Source: Squalus acanthias | Taxonomy: Eukaryota | Assembly (NCBI GenBank): GCA_030390025.1 | Contig: CM059432.1 | Coordinates: forward strand, 81,098,001 to 81,162,000 | Direction of reading: 5' to 3' | DNA: 64,000 nt | Shown here: positions 35,637 to 48,478 of the stretch, in pieces | Layout: each line of letters starts with the position of its first letter | Position numbering within the stretch: the first letter of the stretch is position 1 | Translations under genes and position numbers: made by a program | Notes under the pieces: generated by a model | Seen by the model: the letters and a program-made list of their open reading frames with translations, nothing else | The model's database searches: none | What the model was told of the DNA's origin: nothing

Positions 35637-37126
35637 TGTGTCGAGCTTCTTGAGTGTTGTTGGAGCTGCACTCATCCAAGCAAGTGGAGATTATTCCATC
35701 ACACTCCTTACTTGTGCCTTGTAGATGGTGTAAAGACTTTGGGGAGTCAGCAGGTGAGATACTTACCGCAGAATACCCAGCCTCTGACCTGCTCTTGTAG
35801 CACAGTATTTATGTGGCTGGTCCAGTTAAGTTTCTGGTCAATGGTGACCCCCCAGGATGTTGATGGTGGGGGATTCGGTGATGGTAATGCCATTGAATGT
35901 CAAGGGGCAGTGGTTAGACTCTCGCTTGTTGGAGATAGTCATTGCCTGGCACTTGTGTGGTGCGAATGTTACTTGCCACTTATCAGCCCAAGCCTGAGTG
36001 TTGTCCGGGTCTTGCTGCATGCGGGCATGGACTGCTTCATTATCTGAGGAGTTGCAAATGGAACCGAATACTGTGCAATCATCAGCGAACATCCCCCCTT
36101 TTGACCTTGTGATGGAGGGAAGGTCATTGATGAAGCAGCTGAAGATGGTTGGACCTAGGATATAGCCCTGAAGAACTCCTGCAGCGATGTCCTGGGGCTG
36201 AGATGATTGGCCTCCAACAACCACAACCATGTTTATGGGGTATGGCAACATAGTGGTTATGTTACTGGACTAGTAATCCAGAGGCCTGGACTAATGATCC
36301 GGAGACATGAGTTCAAATCCTACCATGGCAGCTGGGGAATTTAAATTCAAATAATTAAATAAATCTGGAAGAAAAAGATAGTATCTGTGATTGTGGGGAC
36401 CTCAGGAGAAGGATGCGATTGATCATCCACTAGGCACTTCTGGCTGAAGATGGTTGCAAACGCTTCAGCCTTGTCTTTTGCACTCAAATGCTGGGATCCG
36501 CCATCATTGAGGATGGGGATGTTCATGGAGCCTACTCTTCCCGTTAGTATTTTAATTGTCCACCATTCACTACTGGATGTGGCAGGCCTGTAGAGCTTTG
36601 ATCTGATCCGTTGGTTGTGGGATCACTTAGCTCTGTCTATAGCATGCTGTTTCTGCTGTTTACCATGCATGTAATCCTGTGTTGCAGCTTCCCCAGGTTG
36701 GCACCTCATTTTTAGGTACGCCTGGTGCTGCTCCTGGCATGCTCTTCTACACTTCTCATTGAACCAGGGTTGGTCCCCTGGCTTGATGGTAATGGTATAG
36801 TGAGCAATATGCCGGGCCATGAGGTTACAGATTGTGGTGGAATACAATGCTGCTGCTGATGGCCCACAGCGCCTCATGGATGCCCAGTTTTGAGCTGCTA
36901 GATCTGTTCTGAATCTATCCCATTTAGCACGGTGGTAGTGCCACACAACACGATGGAGGGTGTCCTCAGTGTGAAGATGGGACTTCGTCTCCACAAGGAC
37001 TGTGTGGTGGTCACTCCTACCAATACTGTCATGGACAGATGCATCTGCGACAGGTAGATTGGTGAAGACGAGGTCAAGTAGGTTTTTCCCTCGTGTTGGT
37101 TCTCTCATCACCTGCTGCAGGCCCAG
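35637..37126 (-). mobile_element. SINE-headed LINE family, copy 3 (two pieces separated by an oppositely oriented tRNA head)
   Basis: GMFADDCTVF; HTEDTLHRVVWHYHRAKWDRF; colinear with copies 1 and 2. Confidence 0.88.
36238..36390 (+). mobile_element. tRNA-derived Pol III head fragment of the same family
   Basis: CATAGTGG..., B box GTTCAAATC 36311-36319, GCAGCTGGGGAATTTAAATTCA as at 3731. Confidence 0.85.
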
Positions 37127-37301
37127 TCAAAGTAACGTTGCACATGAATAAACATTTTCAAAAGAATACTATTAAATTGCACCAAAAATATGGATTGCTT
37201 TTTATTTTGCTCATATTGTAAAATTTGCAAATTATGTGATTCTTCAAGTGCTTTTGTATACTGTTTAATATCTTGCATACCTGTATACTGTCAGGGCTCA
37301 G

Positions 37302-37819
37302 TTGCAACAACAACAAGTTGTATTTATATAGCGCCTTTAATGTAGTAAAACATCCCAAGGCGCTGCACAGGAGTGTCATAAGACAAAAAATTTGACACTG
37401 AGCCACATAAGGAGAAATTAGGGCAGATGACCAAACGCTTGGTAAAGAGGTAGGTTTTAAGGAGCGTCTTAAAGGAAGAAAGAGAGGTAGAGAGGCGGAG
37501 AGGTTTAGGTGGGAATTCCAGTGCTTAGGGCCTAGGCAACAGAAGGCAAGGCCACCAATGGCTGAGCGATTATAATCAGGGATGCTCAAGAGGGCAGAAT
37601 TTGAGGAGTACAGATATCTCGGGGGGTTGTGGGGCTGGAGGAGATTGCAGATATAGGGAGGGGCAAGGCCATGGAGGGATTTGAAAACAAGGATGAGAAT
37701 TTTGAAATCGAGGCGTTGCTTAACTGAGAGCCAGTGTAGGTCAGCGAGCACAGGGGTGATGGGTGAACAGGACTTGGTGCGAGTTAGGACACAGGCAGCC
37801 GAGTTTTGGATGACCTCAC
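37302..37819 (-). mobile_element. L2 3' fragment
   Basis: TPVLADLHWLSVKQRLDFKIL; (CAA)n at 37305; reverse complement of 27900-28379. Confidence 0.9.
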
Positions 37820-39720
37820 TGCGGGCCAAGAATGGAGAGGTACTCATCAAGGGAAGATCTCCTTAACCGAGACTCTGTTTTCGACGTGAGTGTCCTCAAC
37901 TCCATCCCGCAGCATGCTACCCGCCACCATCTCAGCACAACCCCAGCCCGGCATGAGGTTGAAAAGGCCATCCGACAACTGAAGAACAGCAAGGCCTCAG
38001 GAGCAGATGGAATCCCTGCAGAGGCACTAAAGCATAGTGGAGAAGCACTACTGGCGCGAATTCATGAACTAATTTATTTTATCTGGAAGGAGGAGAGCAT
38101 GCCAGGGGATCTCAGAGATGCCATAATTGTGACCATCTTCAAGAAAGATGACAAGTCCGATTGCGGTAATTACAGAGGGGTTTCCCTGCTGTCTGCCACA
38201 GGGAAAGTCATCGCAAGAATCCTCCTCAATCGCCTTGTCCCAGGCCGAAGAGCTCCTCCCAGAGTCGCAATGCGGATTCCGCCCACTAATGGGCACAATG
38301 AACATGATCTTCACCGCGCGTCAATTACAAGAGAAATGCAGGGAACAGCACCAACCGCTGTACATGGCCGCCTTTGATCTCACAAAGGCCTTTGACACTG
38401 TCAACCGTGAGGGATTATGGAGTGTCCTCCTCAAATTCGGCTGCCCTCAAAAGTTTGTCACCATCCTCCGCCTGCTTCACGACGACATGCAAGCCGTGAT
38501 CCTGACCAACGGTTCCACCACAGACCCAATTTACGTACGGACCGGGGTCAGGCAAGGCTGTGTCATCGCACCAACGCTCTTCTCGATCTTCCTTGCTGCA
38601 ATGCTTCATCTCACCCTCAGTAAGCTGGAGTAAGCTAATTTACAGAACAAACGGGAAACTGTTCAACCTCTGTCTCCTCCAGTCCAGATCCAAGGTCGTC
38701 CCATCCTCTGTCATCGAATTACAGTAAGCAGATGACGCTTGCGTCTGCGCTCATTCGGAGGTCGAACTCCAAACCATCGTCAACACCTTCACTGAAGCGT
38801 ACGAGAGCATGGGCCTTACACCAAACATCTGTAAGACAAAGGTCCTCTACCAACCTGCCCCTGCCACACAGTATTGCCCCCCTATTATCAAAATCCACGA
38901 CAAGGCCTTGGACAATGTGGACCACTTTCCATACCTCGGGAGCCTACTGTCAACAAGGGCAGACGTCGATGACGAAGTCCAACACCGCCTTCAGTGTGCC
39001 AGTGCAGCCTTCGGTCGCCTGAGGAAGAGAGTGTTTGAAGTCCAGGACCTCAAACCCGGCACTAAGCTCATGGTCTACAGAGCAGCAGTGATACCCGCCC
39101 TGCTGTATGCCTCAGAGACATGGACCATGTACAGCAGGCACCTCAAAGCACTGGAGAGGTACCACCAACGCTGCCTCCGCAAGATCCTGCAAATCCATTG
39201 GCAGGATAGGCGCACCAACGTCAGTGTTCTCGCTCAGGCCAACATGCCCAGCACCGAAGCTTTGACCATGCTCGATCAGCTCCGATGGACGGGTCACATC
39301 GTTCGCATGCCCGATACAAGACTCCCAAAACAAGCGTTCTACTCGGAGCTCCGACATTGCAAGAGAGCCCCAGGTGGGCAGAGGAAACGCGTCAAGGACA
39401 CCCTCAAAGCCTCCTTGAAAAAGTGCAACATCCCCACTGACACCTGGGAATCCCTGGCCCAAGACCGCACAAAGTGGAGGAGAAGCATCCGGGAAGGCGC
39501 CGAACACCTCGAGTCTCTTCGCCGGGAGCAAGCAGAAGCCAAGCGCAAGGAGCGCACGTCAACCCAAGCACCTCACCCACCTGCCCCTTCAACCACCGTC
39601 TGCCCCACCTGTGACAGAGACTGTAGGTCCCGCATTGGACTCATCAGTCACCTGAGAACTCATTTTTAATGTGGAAGCAAGTCATACTCGGTTCCGAGGG
39701 ACTGCCTAAGAAGGAGAAGA
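37820..39720 (+). mobile_element. RTE-clade (BovB-like) LINE, 5'-truncated, with 22-bp TSD
   Basis: KASGADGIPAE, LPESQCGFR, FDLTKAFDTV, GVRQGCVIAPTLF, C-terminal CPTCDRDCRSRIGLISHLRTH; AAG-type tail; TSD GCCGAGTTTTGGATGACCTCAC at 37798-37819 and 39721-39742. Confidence 0.93.
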
Positions 39721-39834
39721 GCCGAGTTTTGGATGACCTCACGTTTCTGAAAAGGCCAACTTCTCCGTCTTTCCTCATAGTACAGAGGTCAGCTTCCTAG
39801 CTCTTCTGTGAATTGTCTCTGATATTTGAATGTC

Positions 39835-41440
39835 TCACTTGCCCGTAACTGAAGCCTCCTCACCTGGCTATACTTTCCACCACCTGGCCTGCTCAAACTG
39901 GTACGGTGGCAGCATGGCCCTTATCACTGAGTCACATCTTGGCCTTTCCCCTATTCCTCTGGCACCTTTTCTTCCTTACCTTTAAAATCTCATTGTGTAC
40001 CACACTCCAAATTCCACCCCACGTTTCTCAACATGATATCCTCCCTTCTTTTCTGTCCCGGCTTTGTACCAAGCAGCTCCTCGCCTCGGTGGTTTAATTC
40101 ACCACCTCAGCTTTTCTTTCCCCCTCTCCTCATCCTCCCTAAACCTGCCCCGCCATATAAATTTTTCTACCCACATTCATGGCCACCCCTTCAACCTCAC
40201 CATCTCCCGTTGCCTCAATCACTGACAAAGCCATCTCCAACTATTTTCCTCATACCCCTCACCACTCACATCCACACTTCCTTCTGCATCTGCTGTTGGA
40301 GAAACTCTCCCCCTATTCACTTACGTTCATGAACCCAGTATTACTTAGCTTTTCGCTCGCCATTTGCTACAATACATCTGCAGCTGTTGATTTGCTCAAC
40401 CACTCCCTTTTAGAAATACATACAAATACATTGAAGTTACATTACAGAAATAGGCCATTCGACCCAACAGGTGTGTGTCAATGGAGTAAATAGTTTAAAT
40501 CACAATTAGAATCTGTTCCCATATTCTTCCCATTTTTCTTCATCCACCTATCCAATTTAATCTTTAATCTTGATATAATTTCTGCCTCAACCGTTAACCC
40601 TGGAAGTGAATTCCATAGCCTCACAACGCTCTGCGTGTCGAGGTTTCTCCTGCCCTGTGTTCTAAATCTCGTACAATTAATCATATGTCTATAGCTCTTT
40701 GATCATGCCCCCTCAACTCTTGGAAACTGTCTGCTTCTATCTACCCTGTCCGCCACCTCCACCTCATCCCCAGAAAAAACTTCACAATTTCTTATCCGAG
40801 TCATTCCCCAGCTTCCTTCCTTCAAGTCTTAGGGGTACAAACTTGAGCATACCTGGCTTAGCCATCCATCACCAGAACTGACTCAAACACATTAAGCGCC
40901 ACTAGGCCTCGATCTCATCTGCAAAAACTGTCCACGACTCCAGTTTCATCCTGGCGGGCAATGATAACCTCAGACTTCTTCCAACCCTCAACTCTAACAA
41001 TATGTCCAAGGAACTCATGGATTTCTTTGTTACCAAAATAGAGGCCAGCTGACATTACTGTCCACCACCCCCCCGCCCCCCCACCCTTACCCCATTGCCC
41101 ATCAAGACAAAGCTCTCCCCAATTCTCCCTAATCTTTAGTCCTGAAACCCCATCTCTTTCTAGTAGCCCTCATCACTCACATCCACACTTCCTTCTGCAT
41201 CTGTTCTTGGAGAAACTCTCCATTCCCTGTTCAAGCTTATCTCATTAATGATATCTACCTCCTGCTCCCTTAACTCCATTACCACTAAATTCCTAACCAT
41301 CAACTTCATTTCCTTGCCCCTGTAAATGTTTCCCCCTCTTCAGGGAGTGTCCACCTCTTTTCATCATCAGCCCCCTCCTCCAAAAATCCACCGTTGACCC
41401 CTCTGTTCTTGCTAATGACTACCCCAAATCTAATCTTCCT
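39835..41440 (+). mobile_element. Very decayed L2 fragment (EN/linker region)
   Basis: Patchy similarity to 20100-20280 and 25050-26250 (ACTGAAGCCTC, GGCCCTTATCA, CTCATGGATTTCTTTGT). Confidence 0.65.
40425..40730 (-). mobile_element. Old CR1 3' fragment nested in the L2 remnant
   Basis: VVRLWNSLP...KIKLDRWM. Confidence 0.7.
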
Positions 41441-41708
41441 TTAATAATAATGATGCAATTCAACATTCTGAATAGTTGGTTACTCAGTTGTTCATGTACA
41501 AGGTTGCCTCTTCATCTGGCAGTGCATGTATGAGGATGCTTCATTTATTTACCATTATGAGTAAGTGCAATTTATATATTTGTTGGAAGCTGATAGACAG
41601 TTGCCATTTGCATTAATACCAGCATTGTGTAGGTAATTTTGCTCCAGTTGATTAAATTGAGCAACTATTTCAAATGTTCCATTGTAAGATAATGGAAGCA
41701 CATATTTT

Positions 41709-42351
41709 GGCCTCAATTTTGAATCCCGCTGCCTGGTGGTAGCCCGGTGGGGTAAGTTAAATGGAGATGGGGACTTACCCACTCCTTTCCTGTCCCGATC
41801 TGGCTGTCTGCAATTTTAAATTGCTGGAGGCTAGAACACCTGCCCGAAGCTGGCAGGGTCCTCTTTAAAAATGCAGGTCAGTCTCCATTGGGCCCCGATC
41901 TGCAATTTTAACCTGAGGCCTGAGCGGGGGAGCAGTGGTGGCTTCTCTGCCAAGCCAAACCTGCCAGTTACAGGAACCAGAGCCAGAAGAGGCCCAGTAA
42001 GATAAGTTATTTATTTAGTTTTAGTTTCTTTGTGGGCCAGGAGGAGCAGGAATGTTGCTCCAGGCCACACGAGGAAACCTTGGGCCACCCCTGCTCCAGG
42101 ATTCCTCCACCCCCCACGTATCGACTTACATTATTGCCGGGGAACGTTCCCGCTGGACCCCACCGAGTGCCTCCGACTGGCACGATTTTAACATCCAGGC
42201 AGTAGCTTCCTGCCAACGTCCCGGCCATTTTGGTCAGGAAGTCAGCGAGCAGTATGCCATTAAAATTGGCCAAGCCTGCTTGCTGCCTATCCTGGACTGG
42301 CATGCTGCTCACTTTGCTGCGTTCCCACCCAGGAGAATAAAAATCTAGGCC
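41709..42351. mobile_element. Harbinger-type MITE
   Basis: Termini GGCCTCAATTTT / AAAATCTAGGCC; TSD TTT. Confidence 0.75.
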
Positions 42352-42804
42352 TTTGTGATGGCACTGTAATATTGTCGATTTCCTGTGTATCCTATTGTGC
42401 AGCCTATTGTGTATGTCATTATATTGGTAAATGTTGCAGTTTGAAAATGCAATATCAATTGCATATATGAATGCAATCTGATTGCATGGGTAAAAGTGCA
42501 GTTGTCGACACTGGTGCGTAAAAATATGGATGACACGCTAGGGTGGGAAACAGACTCCCTTGTTTCTAAGATGCAGAAAAGTGTAAAATGGAGGACAATT
42601 ATCATGAATTTCAAAAATATTGATTCTCAAAATGAAGAAATCAAAAGTTCTTCAATACAAACTAAAAGCTTTAACTTACAGCTATTATATGTTAAAAATC
42701 TTAGTTGACTTAATTATACAATTCATTTATCAGAATAATATGAAAGATGAAAAATAGAAGGCTGAACAAGTAAAATGTGAGGACTGGATGTTGCATTGAA
42801 TTTG

Positions 42805-42912
42805 ATACACTGATGTTTCACTTTCGATACCTAGGTTTAAATCCAACTAAGACCAGTGGAAGTCTCTTCTCTCTGTTAGCTGTAAGGGTCCTGTGTGAAA
42901 TGAGATTTGGCC
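42805..42912 (+). mobile_element. Ancient tRNA-SINE fragment resembling LF-SINE
   Basis: TTTCAC...GGTTTAAATCCA (degenerate B box)...GCTGT...CCTGTGTGAAATGAG recalls the LF-SINE head/body; matched from memory only. Confidence 0.4.
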
Positions 42913-42999
42913 TTTATTGACTCAGTAAACGCTGTAGTGGTGTTATCAGCATTACTCTTCTCAGATTGGATATAATAGCCCTGTTGTATTGTTAATCAT

Positions 43000-43685
43000 G
43001 AGGCTAATTATCGCCTCCAACTGCAAAATCCACCTCTATCGCCTCTGGAGGTGATTTGAGAGCTAAATCAGGCACTACACACCTCTCTTAAGGCGCAAAC
43101 GTCAGGAAGCGAGGCGCTACTTCAGAACGCTACCGAACTCAGGCGATGCCAATTACCATGGAAGCCAGACAGACTGGCTCCATCCAGTTCTTAAAGGGGA
43201 GGGGCCATCTTGCTGGCCAGCCACACCCTGCTCATTGCAGCCTTAAATCTCGGCCTGGAGAGACCTCAAAAGCAAGTGTGTGGAAGCACTAATGGATAGG
43301 CCCAGGAAAAGAGCTCGGCACTTAGGAACCTCAAAAGTGGTGCTGAGGGCCAAAACTCCTTAAGACAGCATTAAAACCAAAAATGTTGCCGACAAGAAAA
43401 GGTAGGAAGCGCTCGCCTTTAAATAGTGCTCCCCCAGCCCCTTCCCAACTTGAAAACATTCCCCTCTACCTGTCGTTCCGAGCGGCAGGCGCTAAGGCAG
43501 GGGGCGCGACTCAATATCTGGTCCGGGGCGCTACTGGGGCGTTGCACGCTTGACTGATGTCACGATCTGCAGGCGCAGGAGATTGTGGTGGTAGTGTCTA
43601 GCGCCGCCGCAAAACGACTGGTCAATTTCGCGAGCGGCACTAAAATCGCCACGCTCGGGCGCTAAGTTCCTAGCTTTTTCCCCCC
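43000..43685. mobile_element. Decayed GC-rich MITE related to 55525-56257, opposite orientation
   Basis: AGCGCCGCCGCAAAAC and CCGGGGCGCTAC are reverse complements of 55630-55720 motifs; ends TTTTTCCCCCC. Confidence 0.55.
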
Positions 43686-43887
43686 AAGTGAGGTGCACTA
43701 AATAAAACTGGATTGTACTTCCCACTCACATCACTTTCGCTTCTACTGAAACTGACATGACTATTATGCATATTCAGGCATGTATGAACTGTGTCATTTG
43801 TTGTATGTGTACTCTTGCATGCACAGTGCTGCTCTGAGTTTCAGAGGGAGTCAGAGCTCCCAATTGTGCATGGCCATTGTATAAGCG

Positions 43888-45349
43888 AATGTAACTTCTT
43901 TATTCAAAAAGGGAGGGAGACAGAAAGCAGGAAACTACAGGCCAGTTAGCTTAACATCTGTCATAGGGAAGATGTTAGAACCTATTATTAAAGACGTTAT
44001 AGCAGGGCACTTAGAAAAGTTCAAAGTAATCAGGCAGAGTCAACATGGTTTTGTGCAAGGGAAATCATGTTTAACTAATTTATTGGAGTTCTTTGAGGAA
44101 GTAACATGTGCTGTGGATAAAGGGGAACCGGTGGATGTACTGTACTTAGATTTCCAGAAGGCATTTGATAAGGTGCCACATCAAAGGTTATTGCGGAAAA
44201 TAAAAGCTCATGGTGTAGGGGGTAACATATTGGCACAGATAGAAGATTGGCTAGCTAACAGGAAACAGAGTGTAGGCATAAATGAATCATTTTCTGATTG
44301 GCAAGATGTAACGAGTGGTGTGCCACAGGGATCAGTGCTGCAGCCTCAACTGTTTACAATTTATATAAATGACTTGGATGAAGGGACCGAAGGTATGGTT
44401 GCTAAATTTGCTAATGACACAAAGATAGGTAGGAAAGTAAATTGTGAAGAGGACATAAGGAGGCTACAAAGGGATATAGATAGGTTAAGTGAGTGGGCAA
44501 AGAACTGGCAAATGGTATATAATGTGGGAAAATGTGAAGTTGTGCATTTTGGCAGGAAGAATAAAAAAGAAGCATATTATCTAAATGGTGAGAGATTGCA
44601 GAGCTCTGAGATGCAGAGGGATCTGGGTGTGCTAGTGCATGAATCGCAAAAGGTTACTATATAGGTACAACAAGTAATTAGGAAAGCTAATAGAATGTTA
44701 TCGTTTATTGCGAGGGGAATTGAATACAAAAATAGGGAGGTTATGCTTCAGTTATACAGGGCATTGGTAAGACCACATCTGGAGTACTGTATACAGTATT
44801 GGTCTCCTTATTTAAGGAAGGATGTAAATGCATTGGAAGCAGTTCAGAGAAGGTTTACTAGACTAATACCTGGAATGGGCGGGTTGTCTTATGAGGAAAG
44901 GTTGAACAGGCTAGGCTTGTATCTGCTGGAGTTTAGAAGAGTAAAAGGTGACTTGATTGACTTGATTGAAACATATAAGATCCTGAGGGGTCTGGACAGT
45001 GTGGATGTGGAGAGGATGTTTCCTCTTGTGGGAGAATCTAGAACTAGGGGGTCAGTGTTTAAAAATAAGGGGTCGCCCATTTAAGACAGAGATGAGGAGA
45101 AATTTTTTCTCACAGAGGGTCGTGAGTCTTTGGAACTCTCTTCCTCAGAGGGCGGTGGAAGCAGAGTCTTTGAATATTTTTAAGGCAGAGGTAGATAGAT
45201 TCTTGGTAAGCAAGGGGGTGAAAAGTTATCGGGGGTAGGCGGGAATGTGGAGTAATCGGATCAGCCATGATCTTATTGAATGGCGGAGCAGGCTCAAAGG
45301 GCCGAGTGGCCTACTCCTGCTCCTAATTCGTATGTTCGTATGTTCGTAA
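43888..45349 (+). mobile_element. CR1 LINE, 5'-truncated
   Basis: 230-aa RT ORF, YLDFQKAFDKVPH, KFANDTK; (TATGTTCG)n tail. Confidence 0.95.
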
Positions 45350-46119
45350 GTACCAGCATTGTAACATCATGGCCATCATTCTAGACTGTTGTACTAGGAC
45401 CAGCTGTTGTACCACATGCAACCTTTCAACTTGGATGGTCTTTGTGGAGTCAATACACCCAAAGTACAGTGGAATATGGCAGCTTTACACTATCATCGTA
45501 TTACAAGTCTTTTGGATTGCCTGTTGGAGCAGAGTATATTGCGTGTTCTGTGGTTGTCCAGGCCATTTCTGATACCTGCTGGAATGCAAGAGAACACTAT
45601 GAAGGTGGCTAACCCAACATTCTACTCTGCCACAGGAAATGCAGTAGGGTGAGACGTCCAGCTATTGGCTGCTCAGGATGTTGGAGCCCATTCAAGTTGA
45701 AGGGACAGGATGATTTTAATATTCAGGGCAAACGTCCCACAACTGTAGAGGCACCAGCTCCAAAGAGATGCCAGAAAATCAGAGTGGCACCCTGCCAGAA
45801 ACCCTTATCAGGCCAAAGATTAATAATAAAAGTAATAGCCAGTGCTATATTTCCTGCCCTTCTTATTTTGAGCAGCGCCCTTGGTTGTGCAGGTGCCGCT
45901 GTTAGTCAGAGAGGACATTTATAGAGGCAGAGAGGGAGGTGAGAAGGCAAAGAGATCTAGGGAGGGAATTCACTGGCTGAAGATTAACTGAGTTCTGCAG
46001 CCATTTGCAGTAGCATTTCTTACTGGGGCCATCTCTTTGTCCATTGTTAAATTTGAGTCTACGTTTTTGTACAATGATCAAAAAAACCATCACTTAACAT
46101 TTCCATCTTTTTGTTTAAG

Positions 46120-46277
46120 GATCTACGGGCTTATAATTCATCCCTTGTCAGACCCAGAGTGGTTGGAGAGTGGGTTGGTCGTGAGGAAACTGATGCTGAT
46201 CCTTTGGCTGCAGAGATGCTGCAACCTCCAGTACCCAGAGTTAAAGATGAAAATGAGGAGGGCCACAGCCCAGGAAG
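46120..46277 (+). CDS. C8orf34: Internal coding exon of C8orf34 homolog (158 bp, phase 0 to phase 2)
   Basis: tttgtttaag|GAT...GGAAG|gtaaac; [52 protein letters not shown] matches recalled human [35 protein letters not shown]; not present in the ORF track. Confidence 0.88.
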
Positions 46278-47062
46278 GTAAACACCAGGGAATATGTTAG
46301 CAAGGCCGCCAGTGCATTCTTGTTTAATCTTTTAACTGCCAGTATTTTGTTGTTATAATGCCAATAAACATCATTAATGTAACAAGTTTCTATAGATAAT
46401 TTACTAAACATAGCGGAGGCAAATGCTTTAAAGTGCATTGAGCACCTTGTGGACTTCTTTAGCATAGTACCAAAATATCCATGTATACACTGCACACTAT
46501 GTCAAGGAGATGTGTTTACATTAATGACTATTTCATAGTTATATGTGATACTGAAGTTTATTTTATTCCATGGGCTGTATTGTTCAGCCTGTGATATAAC
46601 ACGCCATGAGATATGATTTTATGCTTTTAGACTGTATTGTCTCCTATGACGTCCCTTACTGTTATCAGACCTTCATCTGCAGTATGTATGCCTAAGTTTT
46701 ACTATTATCTTTTCCCACATTTTAAACTTTTATTTGTTTTTTTATCTATTTGGACCCATGGTGTAAACATGTTAGGAACATCTTAGATGCTTCATTACTT
46801 GTATATAATTTGGTTGTCATTGCCTAGTTAATAAGTAAAATATTCAATGTGTCACTGATGTCTCTTCTATTAAATTTATAGCTTAAAACACTATTTAGTC
46901 AGCCATGAGGTTTTGTGTTTTAAATATACTTGCATTTGTCCCCCCCTCCCCACCCCGGCAGTGAACATTTAAAGTGTAGGACGTGCTGAATAACCCCTCA
47001 CCCCGTCCAACGGGTTATAGAGTTCGGACTTGAGACTTATGAGAAATTACACCAGACACAAT

Positions 47063-47910
47063 GGGCTGGATTTTGAAACTGGGGTCGGGTTGGGGTCGGG
47101 AATCACACATTCTGGCTTGTGAACCCGCCTCCATCGAGATGTGGCCAACCCACTGTATTTTCCCTTGATTGACCTTGTTGAGCCCGCCCAGTGGGCTCAG
47201 CAGGCCAATTAAGGGCCACCTGGCAACAGGTGACGTCACAGACTGACATTTCATCTGTCAAGAGCTTTTGACAGATGAAATATCAGCGTTTGACAGCTCT
47301 GTGAAGCTGTCAAACACTCACAATATGATTTCTAACTTCAGTCCTTCCTCTCAGGCTGAGTTAGAAATCATTCCACCACAGAAAACAGAAGGCTGCAGTT
47401 TTTGACAGAACCACGGCTTTCCTGCTTTCTGTGCCGGTGAGATTTCTAACTCCCGAGAACTGAAGGGCTGACACCTGCAGGAGGAAGTTAAGGTAAGTAA
47501 AACTTTTTCCAACACTTAGCACTTACCTTACACACTTACCTCTGCACACATGCACCCATCACTCACCTGCCCACCGGACATATCGACCCCTCCAACCCCT
47601 GCAGACCCACGGCCCGACCCGATAACTTGGCGTGGTTGCCACCTGTCGGGAAGCCCACACTTTTCTTTTTAAAATAGGGATTATGCAAAAAACTGCCTGT
47701 TAACTACCTTTTAACAGGCAGTTAATTGTCACTAATCCCTTCCCGCCTCGGGGCGTCGGGTCTCAGCACAGGTCGGGTACCCGCCGCCAGAGAAACTGGC
47801 ATGGAGGCGGGTTGGAGGCGGGATGGGGTCGGGACCCCCGAATCTGCAACTTTAACCCCCCCCGCCGCCGCCTCCAAACCCGACTCCATGGGTCATTGAA
47901 AATCCAGTCC
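47063..47910. mobile_element. Harbinger-type MITE with internal hairpin cassette
   Basis: TIR GGGCTGGATTTT / AAAATCCAGTCC; TSD AAT; right end is the reverse complement of 26844-26990. Confidence 0.9.
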
Positions 47911-48478
47911 AATGATTCTGTCTTTAACCTTTTATTGTTCCTAAGACAGATTTAAAACCCCAACCACTATTCGAGCAGTTCACCAATAATGTTACAGGAA
48001 ATCATACATACAACCACCCGCAGATGATCAGTCCAGCATTGATTGTTGGCCACCTCCTTTCGACTGCAGCTTTTCGAGTTGAGACGATCAGCCAGGCCCC
48101 TCCTTCCAACTGCAACTCTTCGCCTTGAGACGATCAGCCAGGCCCCTCCTTCCGAATGCAGTGACGATATTTTTTGTCACTGGTTTTTATACAGTTTTCC
48201 TTGTTTTTACTGTCATTCAGAAATGTTCGATCTGAGTTGTTTGAGCTGTCAAACTTTCACACTCACACATCCTGTGTGGCTATCCATTAGTTGCCTTTAT
48301 CAAAGCCCAAAATTGTTCATTCACTCATAAAGTTTACAAAAGTGGCAGAAAACCACTTGGTTGCAGTTCATGTTTTACGTCGTATCCTGCATTTCAAAAT
48401 GTCAAAGGTTTGACTCCTCCCCTTTAGCCACCAAAAATCATTCTACAATCTTGTAACCTATTTTGTTGTAGACACGAT

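Noticed and set aside
48079..48153. 29-bp direct repeat with a short spacer, CRISPR-like
   Set aside because: Only two copies, eukaryotic context, no cas genes; a local tandem duplication
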